Positions 26,574 through 32,626 of a DNA stretch of 32,626 nt are shown one piece after another. Made by a program: the position numbers and the translations under genes. Each line of letters begins with the position of its first letter. Positions within the stretch are counted from its first letter, which is position 1. Source of the DNA: Candidatus Bipolaricaulia bacterium (GTDB lineage Bacteria; Bipolaricaulota; Bipolaricaulia; JBHIAT01); the NCBI GenBank assembly GCA_046758705.1, contig JBHIAT010000021.1:1-32626 (forward strand), in the 5' to 3' direction. Below the pieces are notes generated by a model. That model did no database searches. It saw only the letters and a list, made by a program, of their open reading frames with translations, and was not told the DNA's origin.

Positions 26574-27908
26574 TCATTCCTTGAGAAGCTTGACCGTTTC
26601 CACCACCTCGTCCAAGTTCGCAAATACCTTGTGGATCGCCTCGACCCAATATTCGATCAGCTCCATCTCCTGAGGATAAAGCGGATAATGCTCCGAGCCG
26701 ATCACCATCGAACTGTCCAACAGCTTCATCGCCTCGGGATACTCCTCGACCCGATAGTCGATCGGGCGCGCCCCCGGAAAGCTCCACGGGAACCCTTTCC
26801 CGTAGCCCTCCTTGTGCTGGAACAGCGGATTGGCCGGCAGAGGAAAGGTCTGCCACAGCACCGCCGGCACCCCTTCAGCGTCGAGAGCCAGGATGATCTT
26901 ATCTCGAAACTCGGTCGGTTCGACCTCGAACCCCACGGCCTCCGGATGCAACCTGGCTCGGTACTTGTGGTAGATAGAGGTTCGATCGTTGGGCACATAG
27001 GGGGGTTCGATCCCATCGATCTCGTCGAGAACCGAGCTCAGGTACTCCCCATTGCGGCGGCTATTTTCGTTGAAGCTATCCAAACGACTCAACTGACTGC
27101 GGGCAAGGGCGGCGGGTAATTCTTGGGTCCTGTAGTTCCACCCCATCGTGTGGGCCACGTAGCTGCGACGCGCTGGTTTTCGTTGTTCACCTGGCATCAG
27201 CTGGGCCACTTCGGGTCGAGCGACGACCTCGCCGAACATGCGAACCATATCCGCTCTTGATCGATACTCGTCATCATCGGTGACGAATACCCCCCCTTCA
27301 CCCCCGGAGAAGTTTTTGGTAAAGTTCAGGCTGAACGCTCCCATAGCGCCCCACGCCCCGACCTTCTTCCTCCGATAGCGAGCGCCGGGAGCCTGAGCGG
27401 CATCCTCGATCACCACCAGGTTGTGCTTACGACCGATCTCAAGGATCTCGTCAAGGTCGGCGGGCAACCCATGGATGTGAACGGGAATGATCGCCTTGGT
27501 ATTCTCCGAGATCTTCTCCTCGATTTTGCCAGGATCGATGTTGTAAGTCTTCGGATCGATATCGACAAAGACGGGGATCCCGCCGTGATGCATGACCGCT
27601 GTGGCGGTGGCCAGGAATGAGAACGGTGTGGTGATGACCTCATCGCCGGGGCCGACGCCAGCGGCGGCGACCGCCATGTGAAGGGCAGCCGTCCCGCTGT
27701 TCGTCGCGATACAGTATCGTGTTCCAATATAGGCAGCGAACTCCTCCTGCAATGCTTTCGCCTGTGGAGCGTAAGCTCCCCCGAAGATCCCCGAGTCCAG
27801 CACCTGCATGACCATATCCTTATCCTGTTGGGTGATCTGAGGCCACGGCTTGGCCAGTCCCTCGGGGACGGTACGCTTTCCGCCGTTTATTGCCAATTGC
27901 TCTGCCAA
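26574..27908 (-). CDS. DegT/DnrJ/EryC1/StrS family PLP aminotransferase
   Basis: LAINGG, NSGTAALH, GDEVI, PVHIHG, IEDAAQAPGA, FSLNFTKN..GEGG, GWNYR. SD GGAGG before TTG. Confidence 0.9.
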   Translation of the reverse strand: MAEQLAINGGKRTVPEGLAKPWPQITQQDKDMVMQVLDSGIFGGAYAPQAKALQEEFAAYIGTRYCIATNSGTAALHMAVAAAGVGPGDEVITTPFSFLATATAVMHHGGIPVFVDIDPKTYNIDPGKIEEKISENTKAIIPVHIHGLPADLDEILEIGRKHNLVVIEDAAQAPGARYRRKKVGAWGAMGAFSLNFTKNFSGGEGGVFVTDDDEYRSRADMVRMFGEVVARPEVAQLMPGEQRKPARRSYVAHTMGWNYRTQELPAALARSQLSRLDSFNENSRRNGEYLSSVLDEIDGIEPPYVPNDRTSIYHKYRARLHPEAVGFEVEPTEFRDKIILALDAEGVPAVLWQTFPLPANPLFQHKEGYGKGFPWSFPGARPIDYRVEEYPEAMKLLDSSMVIGSEHYPLYPQEMELIEYWVEAIHKVFANLDEVVETVKLLKE

Positions 27909-27980
27909 CGGATGGCCTCCTTTCCTGTTCGACCTTCATTTTACAGGGGCTTGCCCAGGAACGCCACCGGCCTTGCCCGA

Positions 27981-28997
27981 TTACCACGACAACTCAACCG
28001 CCTTGCCGCTGGACGCCGACTCATAAACGGCTTCGACGAGCTGCATCATCAGCACCCCCTCGGCGCCTCCGGGAAACGGAGCCTTGCCTTCACGAACGCA
28101 TGAGGCGAAGTATTCGATCTGACGCTCGTACATCGGCCAGCCACAGTGCTCGATCCGCTCGGGAAACTCGGGGGTGACGACGCCATGTACGTCTGCCGTC
28201 TTGAGACGCAGTTCGCTCGGGAACAGTCGTCCGTACCCCTGGGTGCCAAACACCTCGGCGGTGCCCTCCGGCTCCGGAGCGTGAGGCTGATAGGCCGATG
28301 TCTCGACGATCGAGTAAGTTCCATCGTTCCAGGTGACGACGATGCTGGCCTCGTCGTCGACGTCGTGAGTCGAGTAACGCATCCCGATGTGGGCGTACAC
28401 CCGCTTCGGTTGGGGCTCGCCGAGCAGGAACAGCGCCATATCCAGGCTATGGACGGCCATGTCCATGACCACCCCACCGCCGGCGAACTTCTTCTGCACA
28501 AACCAACCTTTGGGACCCGTACCGGAAGGGTGAATCGCATAGAGCTTGGTCTTCACCACCTCGCCCAGCAGCCCACTGGCGATGGCTCTCTGGAGCCATC
28601 GCACTTCGATATCAAAGCGCCAGCACATCGCGATCATCAGCAGCTTGCCGGTCTGCTCCGCCGTGCGCGTCATCGACTCGGCCTCGGCCACGTTCATGGC
28701 CATCGGCTTCTCGCACAACACGTGTTTGCCGGCGTCTAGCATACGCTCGGTTTCGGCAGCATGAAGATAGTTTGGCAGGCCGACGATGACCGCGTCGACC
28801 TCTGGATCGCCAGCCAGCTCATCGAAGTCCGTATAGCGCCGCGGGATGTCCCATTCATCAGCGAACCGTTGCAACGATTCAGGCCGCCAGTTGGCGACCG
28901 CCACGGCCTCGACGTCGGGCACGGCGCGGCACGCCCGCGCGTGATACCGAGCGATCGCCCCGGTGCCCATGATGCCTATGTGCACCTGACTGCTCAT
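27981..28997 (-). CDS. Gfo/Idh/MocA family oxidoreductase
   Basis: GIMGTGAIA, LPNYLH, GKHVLCEKPMA, GGGVVMDMAVHSLD, DVDD. Confidence 0.9.
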   Translation of the reverse strand: MSSQVHIGIMGTGAIARYHARACRAVPDVEAVAVANWRPESLQRFADEWDIPRRYTDFDELAGDPEVDAVIVGLPNYLHAAETERMLDAGKHVLCEKPMAMNVAEAESMTRTAEQTGKLLMIAMCWRFDIEVRWLQRAIASGLLGEVVKTKLYAIHPSGTGPKGWFVQKKFAGGGVVMDMAVHSLDMALFLLGEPQPKRVYAHIGMRYSTHDVDDEASIVVTWNDGTYSIVETSAYQPHAPEPEGTAEVFGTQGYGRLFPSELRLKTADVHGVVTPEFPERIEHCGWPMYERQIEYFASCVREGKAPFPGGAEGVLMMQLVEAVYESASSGKAVELSW

Positions 28998-29061
28998 AGA
29001 TCATCCTCCTCTTTCTAATTCTAACGCTGTTGGCGACCGAAGGATACTCCTCAACGATCAC

Positions 29062-29895
29062 CTACTTGACAGCCCCACCGGTTATCCCCGCAATGATATA
29101 CCGCTGTACGAAGATGAATACGATCAGCAAAGGAAAGGTGGCAACGACCGTTAATGCCATAATACCGTTCCACTCGATAGAGTATTGACCAAAAAGTTCG
29201 GCAAGCCCCACGGTAACCGGTGCCTTTTCAGGTCCCTTCGTTAGAATCAATGCAAACATAAACTCGTTCCAGGCTCTGATAAAAGCGAATACACCGGTTC
29301 CAATGAACCCGGCCCGTGCCAGAGGGGCTATGATAGAGAGAAGTGCCCTTGTCCGGCTGCATCCATCCACCATGGCCGCTTCCTCCAAAGTTACGGGGAT
29401 AGAGTCGAAATAACTTTTGAGCAACCAGGTCACAAGAGAGAGGGAAAAGAGGGTATTAACCAATATCAAGGCAATATAGGTATCATAAATATTTAATGCT
29501 CTCGATAGATTAAAATAGGGAACCATCAATACCGCTCCAGGGAATATCTGGAGGGCCAAGATGGCCAGCATCAGGAGGCGTTTTGCTGGAAGTCTGAATC
29601 GGGAGAATCCGTAGCCCGCTAATGCGCCCAGGAGGACACTAAGCAAGGTCGAGGATATTGAGATGAGGTAGCCGTTGAAAAAGAAGCGCAGAAACCTTTC
29701 TTGGGAAAACACTGAGATGTAGGGATCAAAGGTCCATACATCGGGGAATAGGCTCGGTGGGTAGGCAAATATCTCCCGATTGGGCTTGAAAGAGGTAAAG
29801 ACTGCAAAGATAACTGGAAACAGAACCAGGAGGGTAACAATGATCACCGTTCCGTATAAGATCAGCTGTTTGAAAAACTCCCTCTTTTTCTTCAT
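29062..29895 (-). CDS. Carbohydrate ABC transporter permease (MalG-like)
   Basis: FDSIPVTLEEAAMVDGCS EAA loop, AWNEFMFA, QRYIIAGITGGAVK. Confidence 0.92.
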   Translation of the reverse strand: MKKKREFFKQLILYGTVIIVTLLVLFPVIFAVFTSFKPNREIFAYPPSLFPDVWTFDPYISVFSQERFLRFFFNGYLISISSTLLSVLLGALAGYGFSRFRLPAKRLLMLAILALQIFPGAVLMVPYFNLSRALNIYDTYIALILVNTLFSLSLVTWLLKSYFDSIPVTLEEAAMVDGCSRTRALLSIIAPLARAGFIGTGVFAFIRAWNEFMFALILTKGPEKAPVTVGLAELFGQYSIEWNGIMALTVVATFPLLIVFIFVQRYIIAGITGGAVK

Positions 29896-30791
29896 GCTTC
29901 GGCTTCGGTTTTCCCTCCTTTAGAATACAAGAATGTATAGGTCGCGATACACACAGAAGCGATGAGGGCGATGACCACGCCTATCGCTGCTCCATAACCT
30001 AGTCTGAAATCCTGTAATCCTTTCCGGTAAAGGAAAAAGCTGATGAGATAGGTGCTGCGTAGCGGCCCCCCTCGGGTCATGATCCACACCAGGTCAAAGT
30101 GGATAAACGTGGTGGCAAAATCGATGACAACGATCGTCATCGTCAAAGAGCGCAACTGGGGAAGCGTCACATGCCGAAATGATTGGAACCAGTTGGCTCC
30201 ATCCACCCGAGCGGCTTCGTACAAAGATTTAGAGATAGATTGCAATCCACCGAGTATCAGTACCATATAAAGGGGAAAGCTCCACCAAGCGTTGACGAGC
30301 AGAATAGAGACTAACGCCCATCTCGTGTCACCGAGAAAAGCGATCGTTGTGCCAAACAGCCGTTCGATGATGTAATTTAACGGGCCTAGCGGGAGATAAA
30401 GAAGACCCCACACCAAGGCAGCCGCCGGGGCTGAGAAAAGAAACGGGAAGATGAGAGCCCCTCTGAAGAAATTTCTCGCCTTCATGTTAGGCCATTTCGC
30501 ATTCAATAACAGGGCTATGGGGTATGCGATGGCCAGGTGCAGAGTGATCGAACCGACCGTGAAGATGAACGTGTTTTTTATGCTCACCCCGAACAGAGGA
30601 TCGGAGAAAAGACGTTGATATTGTTTCAATCCCACGAAAGTAAAAGATTGGGATTGAGCAGAGTATTCTTGGAAGCTGTACTGAAAAACCTTAAATAATG
30701 GGAACGCGATGCCCAATAACAGGAATATAAGTGCTGGAGCCAGGAAAAAAAATCCCTCAACATCGTACCTGTCTTTGAATTTCTTAAGCAT
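29892..30791 (-). CDS. Carbohydrate ABC transporter permease (MalF-like)
   Basis: FVGLKQY..LFSDP, GLQSISKSLYEAARVDGA..FRHVTLP, MTRGGP. ATGA overlap with the next gene. Confidence 0.92.
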   Translation of the reverse strand: MLKKFKDRYDVEGFFFLAPALIFLLLGIAFPLFKVFQYSFQEYSAQSQSFTFVGLKQYQRLFSDPLFGVSIKNTFIFTVGSITLHLAIAYPIALLLNAKWPNMKARNFFRGALIFPFLFSAPAAALVWGLLYLPLGPLNYIIERLFGTTIAFLGDTRWALVSILLVNAWWSFPLYMVLILGGLQSISKSLYEAARVDGANWFQSFRHVTLPQLRSLTMTIVVIDFATTFIHFDLVWIMTRGGPLRSTYLISFFLYRKGLQDFRLGYGAAIGVVIALIASVCIATYTFLYSKGGKTEAEA

Positions 30792-30811
30792 TTCTTAGGT
30801 TAGGAATGATA

Positions 30812-30857
30812 ACGACTGTGGGGCACAGGCTTAAAGCGCTCTGTGCCCTACAGTCGT
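30812..30857 (-). terminator. Intercistronic 17-bp stem-loop after the substrate-binding gene (mRNA stabiliser or partial terminator)
   Basis: ACGACTGTGGGGCACAG ... CTGTGCCCTACAGTCGT, one imperfect pair; no long U-tract. Confidence 0.6.
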
Positions 30858-30876
30858 AGTGCGTGATTCAGTCAGC

Positions 30877-32175
30877 CTACTCCTTCGCTTGTTGAAGGAT
30901 CTCGTTCCACTCGTCGGCCGCATCGTCCAAAGCGGTTCGCGCCGACTTCCTGCCCAGGAAGTACTCCTGTGAGTGTTTCATGACGACCTCACATAGCTCG
31001 CCGAGCCTGGGCAAAACGGTCCACGACCGAGAAGCAGGGTTAGCTACCATCTCCGACATGGGTCCAAGCACCGGATCCTCTTTGAGAGCTGGATAATCAA
31101 GCGCTACCGTGTTGGCCCAGGCCAGGGAATTCTCTTGGATCATCTTTGAAGCCACCTGATAGCTCACCAGGTGCTTAAAGAACTCCCAGGCCAAGTCGGG
31201 ATGCTCCGTCTGCGAGGATATCGCAACACCGCTTCCCGTAACCAGGTATCCGCCTGTGTAGTCTTCAAACGGCGGAGCAAAGGCGACCTCGATTCCAGGA
31301 TTGCGCTGACGCGCCTTGGGGGCAAAGAAAGGCCCGCTGGTGATCATGGGCACCTGCTCGCCGGCAAACAGCTCCACGAATTCCTTTTCCCCTATGGAAA
31401 GGGCCCCCGGAGTGGTTCCCGGATAGACCAGGCCCTCATCGATCAAACTCCTCCAGTATTCCAGGGCCCTGATCCCTGCCGGCGAGTCAAAACGGGCCAG
31501 TCCGTTTTCATCTGCCATGAATCCACCAGCTTGGATCAAACGGGTCCAGAAGTCATACAACATGAAGTGGCAGGAACTCTTCATAGCGAACGGCAAAGCG
31601 GCTCCCCATCTGCGAGCCTGGGGATCGCGAAACGCTCTCAAAGCATCTTTGAACTCCTCCCAGTTCGTCGGTGGCTCGATGCCTTTCTCCTTGAACATCC
31701 TCACGTTGTAGCCGACCCCGTAAGCCTGGGTATAGATGTAGGCCATGACGATCTGGCCGTTCCAGAAGACCTGCCAGCCAGGATTGTAGTGGGACATGAA
31801 CTCTGCGCCCTCCGATTCGAAGAACGGGCTCAGATCCTCCAACACCCCCAGCCGGTCAAAGGTTTCTGCCCAGGTCACCTCCATGCCCATGATATCGGGA
31901 CATTCTCCAGCCTGGCAAAGTGTGAGCAGCTTGTCGCTGTATTGCGAGTGAGGGACATACATCGTCTCGACTTCAACGTTCGGGTGTGTTGCCTCAAACG
32001 TGGAGACGATCCAATCGATCGTGTCTCTTCCCCACTCTTGATCCCACCATCCAGCCCAGACAATCTTGGTCTGCCCTTGAGCGAACCCTAAGGTTGAGCC
32101 GAAGAGAAGACCCAAGACGAGAACCAAGCCCACGCCTTTCAGAGCCTGTCTACTCCGAAAGTTCTGCTTAGACAT
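30877..32175 (-). CDS. Sugar ABC transporter substrate-binding protein
   Basis: Signal peptide, FEATHPNVEV, PDI, YNVRMFKEKGIEPPTNWEE, AWEFFKHL. SD AGGAGG before ATG 32175. Confidence 0.9.
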   Translation of the reverse strand: MSKQNFRSRQALKGVGLVLVLGLLFGSTLGFAQGQTKIVWAGWWDQEWGRDTIDWIVSTFEATHPNVEVETMYVPHSQYSDKLLTLCQAGECPDIMGMEVTWAETFDRLGVLEDLSPFFESEGAEFMSHYNPGWQVFWNGQIVMAYIYTQAYGVGYNVRMFKEKGIEPPTNWEEFKDALRAFRDPQARRWGAALPFAMKSSCHFMLYDFWTRLIQAGGFMADENGLARFDSPAGIRALEYWRSLIDEGLVYPGTTPGALSIGEKEFVELFAGEQVPMITSGPFFAPKARQRNPGIEVAFAPPFEDYTGGYLVTGSGVAISSQTEHPDLAWEFFKHLVSYQVASKMIQENSLAWANTVALDYPALKEDPVLGPMSEMVANPASRSWTVLPRLGELCEVVMKHSQEYFLGRKSARTALDDAADEWNEILQQAKE

Positions 32176-32259
32176 GTTGAGCACCCTCCTTCGATTTTTG
32201 GTTTTGGAACATCTACGGACTTGCTCTGTGAATCTTACATAATGCCCACCTCCCTTTCC

Positions 32260-32397
32260 TTATTCTTTGATCAGTTCCATCAACTCTTTGACCAGTTGTT
32301 CCCCAATCCCCGGTGCCACCGGCAGATCAAGTCCATAGTGATAGAAGGCAGTATCGACTTCATACCCTGCCTCCGCATAGGCCGACTCTGGAAAAAT
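32260..32397 (-). pseudogene. 3' fragment of an IS-disrupted gene (resembles neutral-ceramidase-like hydrolase C-termini)
   Basis: PESAYAEAGYEV...PVAPGIGEQLVKELMELI. The similarity starts exactly at the IS end at 32398. Confidence 0.5.
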
Positions 32398-32512
32398 GGC
32401 TCTGTGCAAACGATTATGATGCCCCGAACCAAACATCAACTGACCCAATGGCCCGAACATACCATCTCAACGCCGATCTTGAGGTCTGCCTATCTAGGGT
32501 ACCAAGCTGATT
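32398..32512 (+). mobile_element. Left-end remnant of an IS5-family (IS903-like) element
   Basis: Terminus GGCTCTGTGCAAAC followed by MMPRTKHQLTQWPEH, similar to the IS903-type transposase N-terminus (K.K.TNWP.YN). Confidence 0.5.
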
Positions 32513-32626
32513 GATGCTGTTGGCGAATTCCCTTTCATGCTGAAGCTAACGCCACGAAGGGGGACACACGCGTCTTGGCACGCGGCTTCCCCATCAGCCA
32601 ATCCACGACACGGGTCACGTTAATCG
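32513..32626 (-). mobile_element. Right end of an IS1182-family element with transposase 3' end (stop 32535-32537), continuing beyond the window
   Basis: Minus frame INVTRVVDWLMGKPRAKTRVSPFVALASA* followed by the terminal-IR-like GAATTCGCCAACAGCATC. Confidence 0.65.

Noticed and set aside
26566-26856. N-terminal extension of the enolase-family ORF
   Set aside because: Overlaps the aminotransferase in another frame; homology starts at MKIDKV.
29019-29036. TTCTAAC...GTTGGCG core-like motifs between genes
   Set aside because: Too close together and no inner palindromic arms; not an attC.
31171-32091. 306-aa plus-strand ORF and similar antisense ORFs (15055-15750, 24758-25456, 25852-26532)
   Set aside because: Each lies opposite a well-supported gene and has no recognisable motifs.
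1-32626. tRNA, rRNA or CRISPR arrays
   Set aside because: None recognised by eye; a tRNAscan/Rfam/CRISPR scan would be needed to exclude them.

Overview
32.6 kb bacterial chromosomal window with a patchwork of housekeeping and accessory DNA. In order: a Cys/Thr-type proline-racemase-family dehydratase; a broken BTAD/ATPase/TPR regulator; two secreted hypothetical proteins; and an AT-rich type II R-M pair (Eco29kI-like GIY-YIG endonuclease plus SPPY-type amino-methyltransferase). Next come a futalosine-pathway mqnL/mqnP-like pair with a CCA-adding enzyme and a DUF62 SAM hydrolase, then a CDF transporter and an FAD oxidoreductase. From about 14.6 to 19.2 kb lies a decaying integron cassette array with no integrase in the window (CALIN): attC sites, an agmatinase-like cassette with perfectly complementary ends, dipeptidase, SGNH hydrolase, HIT protein and TA remnants. 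Inside it, a 139-bp highly structured IS200/IS605-type mini-element sits exactly on the hicA/hicB junction. After a Uma2 gene there is an unusual 676-aa triple fusion (DapA-like aldolase + MfnB 4-HFC-P synthase + TusA-like domain) with its own near-consensus promoter, followed by a DUF1028 pseudogene, hyi-like and mobA-like genes. The window ends with an amino-sugar/aminocyclitol-type catabolic operon with an ABC transporter, whose upstream gene is disrupted by nested IS5(IS903-like)/IS1182 remnants. All family calls come from motif recognition by eye; no database searches were run.
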